In this document: positions 46,404-55,832 of the stretch, piece after piece
How the letters are laid out: the number at the start of each line of letters is the position of its first letter
Position numbering within the stretch: the first letter of the stretch is position 1
NCBI GenBank assembly: GCA_903878275.1
Contig: CAIRHC010000007.1
Coordinates: 78,482-142,481 of the forward strand
From: Candidatus Vogelbacteria bacterium
GTDB lineage: Bacteria; Patescibacteriota; Minisyncoccia; Phycocordibacterales; XYD1-FULL-46-19
Length of the DNA: 64,000 bases
Reading direction: 5' to 3'
Made by a program: the position numbers and the translations under genes
Notes under the pieces: generated by a model
What the model was told of the DNA's origin: nothing
What the model saw: the letters and a program-made list of their open reading frames with translations, nothing else
Database searches by the model: none

Positions 46404-47975
46404 ATGGATGATTATGGTGATGTTCCTATAAAAAAACTAGACGACCAAAAGATCGCTTTTGAGGTTCTAAAATATATTCCTTCCGAATCCGCGATTTATT
46501 ATCAGCTGGTGCCTTTTGCTGTCCAAGATGGTGTGTTGGAGGTCGGAATGGTCAACCCAGATGACGCCGAAGCTCGCGATGCTTTGCAATTCATTGCATC
46601 TAAGACTGGTGCACCGTTCAAAATTTATCTCATATCAAAAAAAGATTTCGATGTTGCCATAAAAAGTTATGAAGGTTTGGCTGGTGCCAATATGGGTACG
46701 ACCGGCAACATCCAAACTGAAATTCAAGCGGCGGAATCCGCCGTGTCCAAATTTACTGGTGGTCGCGGTGAAAAAACTCCGACCGCGACGATCGTCGAAG
46801 ATGCCCCGGTGACAAAAGTTGTCTCGGTTATTATTCAAAACGCTTTGTCTGGCAATGCTTCTGATATTCACATTGAGCCGACCGCCGAAAATTTACAAGT
46901 TCGTTTTCGTGTTGACGGTATTTTGCACACCAGCTTGACGCCACCAATGACAGTCCACGAAGCGATTGTCGCGCGCATAAAAATTTTATGCAATTTAAAA
47001 CTAGACGAAAAACGTAAACCACAAGATGGTCGTTTTTCTTACGAGTTTGAAATGCGTAAGGTTGATTTTCGTGTCTCGACTTTTCCGACCGTTTGGGGGG
47101 AAAAGGTGGTGATGCGTATTCTTGATCCAACGAAAAAAGATGTCAATTTGAAATCGATTGGTCTGTCCGAAGAACAGCAACAAATCATCAAGGAAGCCCT
47201 AAACAAGCCCTATGGCCTAATCTTGCTCACTGGTCCGACTGGTTCTGGTAAGACGACGACTCTTTACGCAATGTTAAACGAGCTCGATAAAATAAAATAC
47301 AATATTGTCAGTCTTGAAGATCCGGTCGAGTACGATATTCCTGGTATTAGTCAGTCGCAAGTGCGACCAGAAATTGATTATACTTTTGCCAACGGTCTTC
47401 GCAGTATTTTGCGTCAGGATCCGGATATCATTATGGTTGGAGAAATGCGTGACGCCGAGACCGCCAAGCTCGCGATCCAGGCGTCACTCACTGGTCACTT
47501 AGTTTTGTCCACGCTACACACCAACAATTGCATCGGTGTTGTCCCTCGTCTGATCGATATGGGTATCGAGCCATATCTTATTCCGCCGACCTTGATTTTA
47601 TCGATTGGACAAAGACTTGCTCCGATTATTTGCGATGACGCCAAACGCTCCGAACCAATTGAAGAAAGTTTGAAAGTGATGATGGATCAAGAGTTTGCTG
47701 ATTTGCCCGAAGAGTTTCGTGCTAAGCTTCCTTCGTTTGACAATGTCTATCACGCGGAAAGTACGACCACTTGCCCGAGTGGCACCAAAGGGCGAATTGG
47801 CGTCTTTGAATTTTTGAGCATGGATACCGATCTTGAGCGGTTGATTTTAGATCGTCCGGGTGAAAATGAAATTTATAAGTATGCTCGGTCAAAAGGTTTT
47901 ATCTCAATGAAAGAAGATGCGATCTTGAAATCTTTCCAAGGTGTTATTTCTTTTGAAGAGGTAAACAAACTATGA
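46404..47975 (+). CDS. pilB: type IV pilus assembly ATPase PilB (GspE family)
   Basis: GPTGSGKTTT Walker A; Asp/His boxes; N-terminal GSPII_E_N-like domain. Confidence 0.88.
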   Translation: MDDYGDVPIKKLDDQKIAFEVLKYIPSESAIYYQLVPFAVQDGVLEVGMVNPDDAEARDALQFIASKTGAPFKIYLISKKDFDVAIKSYEGLAGANMGTTGNIQTEIQAAESAVSKFTGGRGEKTPTATIVEDAPVTKVVSVIIQNALSGNASDIHIEPTAENLQVRFRVDGILHTSLTPPMTVHEAIVARIKILCNLKLDEKRKPQDGRFSYEFEMRKVDFRVSTFPTVWGEKVVMRILDPTKKDVNLKSIGLSEEQQQIIKEALNKPYGLILLTGPTGSGKTTTLYAMLNELDKIKYNIVSLEDPVEYDIPGISQSQVRPEIDYTFANGLRSILRQDPDIIMVGEMRDAETAKLAIQASLTGHLVLSTLHTNNCIGVVPRLIDMGIEPYLIPPTLILSIGQRLAPIICDDAKRSEPIEESLKVMMDQEFADLPEEFRAKLPSFDNVYHAESTTTCPSGTKGRIGVFEFLSMDTDLERLILDRPGENEIYKYARSKGFISMKEDAILKSFQGVISFEEVNKL

Positions 47976-48136
47976 TATAATTTTGTTATAATATTTACAT
48001 ACTTGTCCGGTTGGATAATTTCAGATTGGGATGTTTTTTATAAAATAGTTTATAATAAAAAGGTCATAATAAATTTTAATTAAAAATTTTAGAATCACGA
48101 TAGCAATAAAAAACGATCTGAAATTTTTACAACGGG

Positions 48137-48532
48137 ATGGAAAATAACAACAATAAAAAAACTATTTTGATTATCGATGATGATAAGTTTTTGCTCGATA
48201 TGTATTCGATTAAGTTTAATGAAAGTGGTTTTAGTGTGGAGATGGCTTCCGGTGGTCCCGATGCCTTACGAAAATTAGAAGAAGGGCTTGATCCAGATAT
48301 TTTTTTAGTGGACATCGTGATGCCGGCAATGGACGGCTTCGAGCTAATGCAAGATCTTGCCGAAAAATTTAAAACCAAAAATAAAGTATTGATTTTCTTA
48401 TCAAATCTTGGTCAGAAAGAAGATGTCGAGCGAGGATTGGGGATTGGAGCTGACGGTTATATTGTCAAAGCCAGCACGACGCCGACCGAAGTGGTCAATA
48501 AAGTTTTAGAAATTGCGGGAAATAAAAGATAA
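48137..48532 (+). CDS. stand-alone response-regulator receiver domain (CheY/PilH-like)
   Basis: ILIIDDD...LVDIVMP..DG REC motifs. Confidence 0.75.
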   Translation: MENNNNKKTILIIDDDKFLLDMYSIKFNESGFSVEMASGGPDALRKLEEGLDPDIFLVDIVMPAMDGFELMQDLAEKFKTKNKVLIFLSNLGQKEDVERGLGIGADGYIVKASTTPTEVVNKVLEIAGNKR

Positions 48533-48544
48533 ATTTTAAAAAAG

Positions 48545-49609
48545 ATGAAAGATTATCGTAAAGAAATTGAAGAGTTGGTTTTGATTGTCGCCAAAGAAGG
48601 CGCTTCGGATTTGCATTTGTCGGCTGGTCGTCACCCGACGATTCGGGTTTCTGGCGATTTGGTGCCGATTGTTAAGAAGCCAGTTTTGACACCAGAAGAT
48701 ACTTTAGGTATTGCAATGGAGATTTTAAACGATGAAAACAAAAAAATCTTTCTCGAACAAAGAGAAGTTGATTTTTCTTATACCCCGACCGCCAATGTCC
48801 GTTTTCGTGGCAATGCTTTTTTCCAACGTGGCTTAGTCGGTATTGCTTTGCGTTTAATTCCGATGAATGTGCGGACATTGAAAGAATTAAATTTACCAGA
48901 TCGCCTGCTCGATTTCACCTTGAAAAAACAAGGCTTCTTTTTAGTTGTCGGACCGGTCGGTCAAGGTAAATCGACCACGCTCGCGGCAATGGTCCAAGTG
49001 ATCAACCAGCAACGTGCCGAGCATATTATCACGATCGAAGATCCGGTTGAGTATCTTTTTACCAGCGAACGTTCGATTATTGATCAACGAGAAGTGCGTT
49101 TTGATACTAAAAACTTTTTCACTGCTCTTCGCTCGATGTTTCGTGAAGATGTCAATGTGGCAATGATTGGAGAAATGCGTAATCCAGAGACAATCAGTAT
49201 GGCAGTCACCGCCGCGGAAACGGGGCACCTCATTTTATCGACTTTGCATACCAATAGCGCCGCTCAAACTATCGACCGTATTATTGACTCATTCCCTGGG
49301 GCTCAACAACACCAGATTATGACCCAGCTTGCCGGTTCGTTGCTCGGTATATTTTCCCAACGTCTGATTCCGCGTGTTTCTGGCGGTTTGATTCCAGCTT
49401 ACGAATTACTGGTCAATAATTCAGCTGTATCCAATCTTATCCGCGAAGGTCGCACCGCGGAAATCGACGTGATGATCGAAACCGGTAGTTCCGAAGGAAT
49501 GGTTGATCTAAATCGCGTGCTGGCCGAGCTCGTTCGGAGTGGTGAGATTTCCGCCGACAACGCTTTTCGTTATGCCATCAATCCAGAAAGTTTAACCAAA
49601 CTTATTTAA
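48545..49609 (+). CDS. pilT: twitching-motility ATPase PilT
   Basis: GPVGQGKSTT Walker A; 354 aa. Confidence 0.88.
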   Translation: MKDYRKEIEELVLIVAKEGASDLHLSAGRHPTIRVSGDLVPIVKKPVLTPEDTLGIAMEILNDENKKIFLEQREVDFSYTPTANVRFRGNAFFQRGLVGIALRLIPMNVRTLKELNLPDRLLDFTLKKQGFFLVVGPVGQGKSTTLAAMVQVINQQRAEHIITIEDPVEYLFTSERSIIDQREVRFDTKNFFTALRSMFREDVNVAMIGEMRNPETISMAVTAAETGHLILSTLHTNSAAQTIDRIIDSFPGAQQHQIMTQLAGSLLGIFSQRLIPRVSGGLIPAYELLVNNSAVSNLIREGRTAEIDVMIETGSSEGMVDLNRVLAELVRSGEISADNAFRYAINPESLTKLI

Positions 49610-49632
49610 ATTAGAAATAACCAAATAATACT

Positions 49633-50841
49633 ATGCTCTTTATTTACAAAACATTAGACAAGGCGGGGACAGAACAATCTGGCAGTATCGAAGCGCCCAA
49701 TATTGACTTGGCGATTAGTTCTCTTCAGCGACGAGGTTTGGTGATCGTCTCGGTCAAGCCAGAAGAAGTGGCTGGGCAGAATTTTTTGAGTCGCTTCAGT
49801 ATCTTTCAGCGTATTTCAAATAAAGACGTCGTGATGCTTTCCCGGCAAATTGCGACAATGTTCGAAGCCAAAGTTTCCGTGATGGCATCTTTTCGTTTGC
49901 TGGCAAATGAGAGTGAAAATCCGATTTTGCGAATGGCTTTGACCGATATCACCGATGACATCAAAGGCGGTATTCCAGTCTCGGCCGCCCTTGCCAAGCA
50001 TCCCAATATTTTCTCTGATTTTTATGTCAATATGGTCCGGGCCGGTGAAGAAACCGGAAAAATGTCTGAAGCGTTTTCTTATTTAGCCGATCACCTTGAT
50101 CGATCCTACGCTTTGTCGTCGCGAGCAAAAAATGCTCTGATTTATCCGGCGTTCGTGGTCGCCTCGTTCGTGGTGGTGATGGTTGTAATGATTATCTTTA
50201 TTATCCCACGCCTATCGGCGGTTTTGATGGAAACGGGTCAAGATTTGCCGATTTATACCAAAGTCGTCATCGGAATTAGTAATTTTGCTTCAAGCTACTG
50301 GCTTCTTTTCTTGGTAGCGTTTGGGGCGATTGGTTTTTATCTTTATCAATATACTTCTACCATAAAAGGCAAAGAAGCCCTGGCACGATTAAAAATCTCT
50401 ATCCCATATGTTGGTAGTTTGTATCGCAAGCTTTATTTAGCCCGTATTGCCGACAACATCAACACGATGCTTTCTAGTGGTATTTCAATGGTGCGGGCTT
50501 TGGAAATTACCGGTGCGGTGGTGGGTAATGAAGTGTACAAAAATATTTTACTCGAATCAGCCGAATCAATTAAGTCGGGAAGTACCGTTTCCGATATTTT
50601 TTCGCGTTATCCAGAAATTCCGGGGGTGATGGTGCAGATGATTAAAGTCGGAGAGGAGACTGGTAAGGTTGGTTTTACTTTGGAGAAATTATCGGTTTTT
50701 TATGAAAGAGAAGTAAATAATGAGGTGGATACTTTGGTGGGCTTGATTGAGCCGGTGATGATCGTGGTCTTGGGCGTCGGCGTGGGTTTACTTTTGACCT
50801 CGGTACTCGTGCCAATTTACAACTTGGCTTCAGCGATGTAG
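49633..50841 (+). CDS. pilC: type IV pilus platform protein PilC (GspF family)
   Basis: 402 aa, two GspF repeats, 3 TM. Confidence 0.85.
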   Translation: MLFIYKTLDKAGTEQSGSIEAPNIDLAISSLQRRGLVIVSVKPEEVAGQNFLSRFSIFQRISNKDVVMLSRQIATMFEAKVSVMASFRLLANESENPILRMALTDITDDIKGGIPVSAALAKHPNIFSDFYVNMVRAGEETGKMSEAFSYLADHLDRSYALSSRAKNALIYPAFVVASFVVVMVVMIIFIIPRLSAVLMETGQDLPIYTKVVIGISNFASSYWLLFLVAFGAIGFYLYQYTSTIKGKEALARLKISIPYVGSLYRKLYLARIADNINTMLSSGISMVRALEITGAVVGNEVYKNILLESAESIKSGSTVSDIFSRYPEIPGVMVQMIKVGEETGKVGFTLEKLSVFYEREVNNEVDTLVGLIEPVMIVVLGVGVGLLLTSVLVPIYNLASAM

Positions 50842-50848
50842 GTGAGAA

Positions 50849-50884
50849 CCCCCAGAATTTGCCAAGGCAAATTCTGGGGGTTCT
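50849..50884 (+). terminator. terminator cccccagaatttgcc-aa-ggcaaattctggggg + T-run
   Basis: perfect 15-bp stem. Confidence 0.7.
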
Positions 50885-50994
50885 GGTTTCCGAGGTCGAA
50901 CCTTAAATCCCCAAAAAGTTTACCCTGTAGTGAAAAATTCTCGTTTTTCTACTACCGGGGGTTCGACTTCAAATTTAAAAAACAAAAAATAATT

Positions 50995-51369
50995 ATGGTC
51001 AAAAAAGAAATAAAATCAAAAGTTACTCTAGAAAGTCTGAATCAGACGGTTGAAAATTTGGCGACCATCACCAATCGTCGTTTTGATGATACTCATAAAT
51101 TGATAGAAAATTTGGCTACCACTATGGCCAAGGGTTTTTCGAATACCAATGAACTGATAGAAAATCTCGCAATTAGCACCAAGGCTGGTTTTGATAAGGT
51201 AGATGAAAGATTAGATAAAGTTGAATCAGATATTACCGTCATAAAATCAGACATTACCGGCATCAAACAACGCCTGACCAGCCTAGACAACCGCCTAGAT
51301 ACGTTTGTCGATCACGAAAAGCGTTTGACCAAAGTGGAGTCCACCTTGAAAATCAGGGTCAAACATTAA
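50995..51369 (+). CDS. coiled-coil protein, paralogue 1 of 3
   Basis: MVKKEIKSKVTLESLNQTVENLA...; C-terminal 30 aa identical to the 55833 copy. Confidence 0.55.
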   Translation: MVKKEIKSKVTLESLNQTVENLATITNRRFDDTHKLIENLATTMAKGFSNTNELIENLAISTKAGFDKVDERLDKVESDITVIKSDITGIKQRLTSLDNRLDTFVDHEKRLTKVESTLKIRVKH

Positions 51370-51621
51370 AATAGCGGGGAATTATCCACCGTTTACTCTT
51401 AAACCTCCTAGGCATTGCAATCTCTCGGTGCTATAATTAAAAAATTAAAAACAACATTATTATTTAATAATCAATTATTTCCGGAAAATTTTGCCAAGCA
51501 AAATTTTCCGGTCAACAAATAAGCTTCCCCGAGGTCGAGTCGTTTCTCGGAGGTCGAACCTTAAATCCCCAAAAAGGTTTGACCTCGGATAATTCGACCT
51601 CGGGGAAACAAAAACATTTCT

Positions 51622-52131
51622 ATGAAAAAATATTTAAATAAATCTAGTGGTTTTACTCTTATTGAACTCCTGGTCGTCATCGCCATCATCGGTATCCTGG
51701 CGGGGATTGTGCTTACTTCGCTATCGAGCGCTAGAAATAAAGCCAATGATGCTAAAATTATTTCACAACTTGGTCAGATCCGTTCAGCTGCCGAATTAAA
51801 TTTTAACCCCAATGATGGTCAAGGCGGCTGGGGCCAGGCAAGCTCTACCCAGACCTGTGGCAATGCGGCCGCACCTACAACACCCCCCACCGTAGCCCCA
51901 CTTTTTAAAAAGCCAGAGTTAGTCAAATTAATTTCTAGTACCGCAGCCCTCTCTAGTGGTGGGACATATTGTAACGTGATCCCTGCCTCGGGTACCGCCC
52001 GAGCTTCTTGGTTATTCGGAGCAACACTTGTTTCAGATACTAGTAAGACCTGGTGCGTTGATTCTTCGGGCAATTCAAAACTAATTACGCCAGGAACAAT
52101 CTTCAACACTGCAATGACTGTTTGCCCATAA
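51622..52131 (+). CDS. type IV pilin (prepilin, class III signal)
   Basis: MKKYLNKSSG|FTLIELLVVIAIIGILAGIV. Confidence 0.88.
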   Translation: MKKYLNKSSGFTLIELLVVIAIIGILAGIVLTSLSSARNKANDAKIISQLGQIRSAAELNFNPNDGQGGWGQASSTQTCGNAAAPTTPPTVAPLFKKPELVKLISSTAALSSGGTYCNVIPASGTARASWLFGATLVSDTSKTWCVDSSGNSKLITPGTIFNTAMTVCP

Positions 52132-52170
52132 ATATAATTTAAAATTATTAACTAACATAATTCAAAATTC

Positions 52171-52671
52171 ATGATTCATAATTCATCTAAAAAAGGTTTC
52201 ACCTTGATCGAGCTTCTTGTTGTCATCGCCATTATCGGTATTTTAGCCGGCATTGTGCTGACTTCACTTAGCACAGCTAGGACCAAGGCTCAAGATGCGC
52301 AGGTTATTTCACAATTAGGTCAAATGCGTTCAGCTGCCGAAATTTATTATTCAGGTACTGGTGGAGGTACGTATGGCGTAGTCGCAAACACTTGCTCGAC
52401 AGGCAGTTCTTTGTTTCTTGATGATACTACTGGTATGGGTAAATTAATTACTTCTACTCTTGCGATTGCTATCGCTGCTAATGTCGATTGTGGTGTTCTT
52501 GCTGGAGGTTCTGCGTGGTCTGTCGCCGCAAAATTGCCCGGCGGTTTATGGTATTGTGTTGACAGTACTGGTGTCTCAAGAGGGAGCACTGCTGCTGGGG
52601 CTGCTTACACTGCTTTGACTGGTGCTGCTAGTGCTGCACATATTTCTGCTGGCGGTTCTGCTTGTAATTAA
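52171..52671 (+). CDS. type IV pilin
   Basis: KKG|FTLIELLVVIAIIGILAGIV; C-terminal Cys pair. Confidence 0.88.
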   Translation: MIHNSSKKGFTLIELLVVIAIIGILAGIVLTSLSTARTKAQDAQVISQLGQMRSAAEIYYSGTGGGTYGVVANTCSTGSSLFLDDTTGMGKLITSTLAIAIAANVDCGVLAGGSAWSVAAKLPGGLWYCVDSTGVSRGSTAAGAAYTALTGAASAAHISAGGSACN

Positions 52672-53547
52672 AGCTGGAGGAGGCTTCGCCTCCTCTCAAA
52701 AACAAGGTGAAACAAGGTGAGGCAAAAACAAGGGGAGGTTGAAACAAGGGGAGGTTGAAACAAGGGGAGGTTGAGCCTCCCCTTTGGCGTTGGTTGTGTT
52801 ATAATATAATCAATGTCTCGTAATATTGAATTAGCGATTGATGAATATTATCACATCTTTAATCATGGCAACGGTGACCGACTAATTTTTATTGACGAAA
52901 AAGATAAAGAGCGATTTGTTAAACTACTCTTTTTAGCTAATGGTTGTAACTCTTTTGATTTTGAAGATCTTTCTTCTGGTCAAGAATTCTCTTTTGATCG
53001 TGGTGAGACACTCGTCGCCATTGGCACGTGGTGTTTAATGGATAATCATTATCATCTATTAATTAAAGAAACCACCGATGGTGGAATTAGTCAGTTTATG
53101 CATCGTCTAGCAACTAGCTATACAATGTATTTCAATCGTCGTCATAGAAAAAGGGGAAGTTTGTTTGAGGGACGGTTTCGAGCAAAACACTTAGGTCAGG
53201 ATGAATATTTAAGACATATCTTTGCTTACACCCATCTCAATCCCGTGAAAATGATTGAGCCAAAATGGAAAGAGGTTGGGTTGAAGAATTTGCCGACAGT
53301 CACTAAATTTTTAAAAGAGTATAGATTTTCTAGCTATCTTGATTATCTCGGCGTTGAGCGAAAAGAAAATAAAATTCTTGATAGAGGAGCTTTTCCGCAA
53401 TACTTTTCAAACCCGGAAGAGATCGAGGTTGAAATGATGGACTGGCTAGATTTCGGTAATTTTTATTAGGGTTAATTTTGGGGTGGGGGTCATCAATATT
53501 ATAACACAAATGATACCCCTAGGGGAGGCTCAACCTCCCGACGGGCA
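52672..53547 (+). mobile_element. IS200/RAYT-like element: HUH Y1 transposase gene flanked by inverted hairpin termini (ggggaggttgagcctcccc ... ttgtgttataatat)
   Basis: left end 52765-52806 and right end 53489-53541 are reverse complements of each other; stuttered partial repeats (aacaaggggaggttga x3) at the left end. Confidence 0.65.
52813..53469 (+). CDS. HUH-superfamily Y1 transposase (IS200-like / REP-associated tyrosine transposase-like)
   Basis: NHYHLL (HxH) and YTHLNPVK (Tyr + NPVK) motifs. Confidence 0.7.
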   Translation: MSRNIELAIDEYYHIFNHGNGDRLIFIDEKDKERFVKLLFLANGCNSFDFEDLSSGQEFSFDRGETLVAIGTWCLMDNHYHLLIKETTDGGISQFMHRLATSYTMYFNRRHRKRGSLFEGRFRAKHLGQDEYLRHIFAYTHLNPVKMIEPKWKEVGLKNLPTVTKFLKEYRFSSYLDYLGVERKENKILDRGAFPQYFSNPEEIEVEMMDWLDFGNFY

Positions 53548-53833
53548 TCAGCGGTAGGGAAGTAGCAAAAAAGCAAAAAGGGGATAACTACTTTTTCTCG
53601 GTTTATTTTTTTGTGGTATCATGCTTAAAGTAATATCAAATTTATTAAAATTATTAGCTTTTAAGAGATGTCCAGAAAATTTTGCTTGGCAAAATTTTCC
53701 GGAAAAGGCTAAAACATCAAAAGACGTTCGCCTAAACAAAAAAAATATGAAAAAAATTAAAGAACTAACCGGAAAAATTTTTTCAGGAAAAAATTTTTCC
53801 GGTCAAGTCCAAAATAATAAAGCCTGCCCCGTA

Positions 53834-54298
53834 GTGAAAAATTCTCGTTTTTCTACTACTGGGGGCTTCACTTTAATCGAATTATTAGTCGTCATTGCCA
53901 TTATCGGTATTTTAGCCGGCATTATTTTGGTTTCCCTAAGTAGCGCCAGGACCAAAGCCAAGACCACTGCCACCTTTGCTTCACTGAATGGTTTAAGACC
54001 AGCGATCGCGATGTGTTGCGGGAATGGGAGTGACTTGGTTGGGGCTGGAACACCACCAGAAACACAAATACCAGCTGTCGGCGGAACAGACATCTGTGAT
54101 GCGGCTAATCCTGTCGGTGTCAATTTACCGACCGCTGCCCAACTTGGGGTTAATATTGTAGAATATACTGCGACGAAAGGTTGTTCTGATCCCGAACCAT
54201 ATTTTTCTGTTCAAACCTCTGGTTCTTCTAATCCTCTTTGTGATAGTGCCGGCACATACACCATCGGTGTCTCAACTTCGTCGTCTCCGTGCAACTAA
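53834..54298 (+). CDS. type IV pilin; GTG start at 53834 preferred, alternative ATG at 53747 would give a 40-aa leader
   Basis: ..KNSRFSTTGG|FTLIELLVVIAIIGILAGII; the sequence between 53747 and 53834 contains a REP-like palindrome. Confidence 0.7.
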   Translation: MKNSRFSTTGGFTLIELLVVIAIIGILAGIILVSLSSARTKAKTTATFASLNGLRPAIAMCCGNGSDLVGAGTPPETQIPAVGGTDICDAANPVGVNLPTAAQLGVNIVEYTATKGCSDPEPYFSVQTSGSSNPLCDSAGTYTIGVSTSSSPCN

Positions 54299-54584
54299 CA
54301 TTAATTAGTAGCGAAGAATTTTATTTTTACCTCAAATTCTTAAGGTTGTGAAAAAGAATAAAGAACTAACCGGAAAAATTTTTTCAGGAAAAAATTTTTC
54401 CGGCCAACCTCATCACCAAAAAGCCTACCCTGATTTCTCGGAGGTCGAACCTTAAATCCCCAAAAAGTTTACCCCGTAGTGAAAAATTCTTATTTTTCTA
54501 CTACTGGGGTTCGACCTCGGAGAATACAACCTCGGGAAAACAGGCTAAAACATCAAAGATGTTCGCCTAAACAAAAACATTTTT

Positions 54585-55163
54585 ATGAAAAAATATTTAC
54601 AACCCACAACCCAGAAACTACAACTTAGCCGTGGCTTCACCTTAATAGAGCTTCTGGTTGTCATCGCCATTATCGGTATTTTGGCGGGCATTGTCCTGAC
54701 TTCGCTTTCTAGCGCTCGAGCAAAAGCCAAAGATTCCGCCCTTATCTCTGGCTTGTCTGGTTTAAGATCGCAGATTGAGACGGTGGCTAGTGATAATTAT
54801 GGACCAATAGTTGGAGCTTGGGGAGTTAAATCGGACGGCACAGGGACAACTGGTTCTAAGGGTGTAACGGATTCGTCTGTTTGTTCTACTTATGCTAGTA
54901 CTGATGGTGGCGTAGTTTATAAAATGATGAAAGATCTAGCCAAACAATCTGGTAATAACGTCGTTTGTGCGGTGGGAGTTGGTGGAAGAACCTGGGTAAT
55001 TTTTGGAGTTTTGCCTAGTACCGCTAATCCTAATGACCCTACTACTGCTGATTATTATTGTTATGATAGTTCTGGTGGTTCTAAAAAACAGGTCGGTTTC
55101 CCGGTGAATGTAGTTGGTGCTGGAGTGGAAAATGTCAATCTTGATGTAAAATGTCAGTCATAG
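54585..55163 (+). CDS. type IV pilin
   Basis: ..LQLSRG|FTLIELLVVIAIIGILAGIV. Confidence 0.88.
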   Translation: MKKYLQPTTQKLQLSRGFTLIELLVVIAIIGILAGIVLTSLSSARAKAKDSALISGLSGLRSQIETVASDNYGPIVGAWGVKSDGTGTTGSKGVTDSSVCSTYASTDGGVVYKMMKDLAKQSGNNVVCAVGVGGRTWVIFGVLPSTANPNDPTTADYYCYDSSGGSKKQVGFPVNVVGAGVENVNLDVKCQS

Positions 55164-55412
55164 ACATTATTTAAATTTAAAAAAATTATCCCCGGAATTT
55201 TTGCTAGCAAAAATTCCGGGGATAATTCTCAAAACTAAATTTCCTGAAAATTTTAAAAATCGGCTGGCGCAACCGCTCGGATTTGCCAGGGCAAATCCGA
55301 GCGGTTGCCACTTTTCCTCTCTGCGAACCTCCAAACCAGTGGATAACTCCGTATGTAATCTTTTTTTTATATGTTATTATTTAGACAATGGTGAAAAAGA
55401 GAAATCATAATT

Positions 55413-55754
55413 ATGATTAAAAAAGAAATAAAACCAAAAGTTACTCTAGAAAGTATTAATAATACGATTGAGCACTTGGCTATAAGTGTGGCAAATGGTT
55501 TTGCTGCCGTCGATGAAAGATTTAATAAGGTAGATGAAAGATTTGAGCAGGTAGATAAAAGATTCGATAAGGTTGAAAACGATATTGTCGTGATAAAAAA
55601 AGACTTAAATATCGTCAAGACCGATGTCGCTGTCCTAAAGACCGACTTGCGAAAATTAGACCACAAGATTGGTCTGGTAGATAAAAGAAATCGCGAAGAT
55701 ATCGACGCTCTCGCTTCCGATATGGTGTTGGTCAAGAAAAAAGTGTCTTTATGA
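55413..55754 (+). CDS. coiled-coil protein, paralogue 2
   Basis: MIKKEIKPKVTLE..; FNKVDERFEQVDKRFDKVE heptads. Confidence 0.55.
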   Translation: MIKKEIKPKVTLESINNTIEHLAISVANGFAAVDERFNKVDERFEQVDKRFDKVENDIVVIKKDLNIVKTDVAVLKTDLRKLDHKIGLVDKRNREDIDALASDMVLVKKKVSL

Positions 55755-55832
55755 GTTTGAACCTTACCGGAAATTTTGACTAGTCAAAATTTCCGGTAAG
55801 GTTCCCCAAACATTTTTAAAATAAACATAATT

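Noticed and set aside
53621-53833. Long N-terminal extension of the third pilin (start at ATG 53621)
   Set aside because: The region contains two REP-like palindromes and the conserved pilin 5'-UTR motif (ggctaaaacatcaaa..gttcgcctaaac). A start at GTG 53834 (or ATG 53747) is more plausible than 53621.
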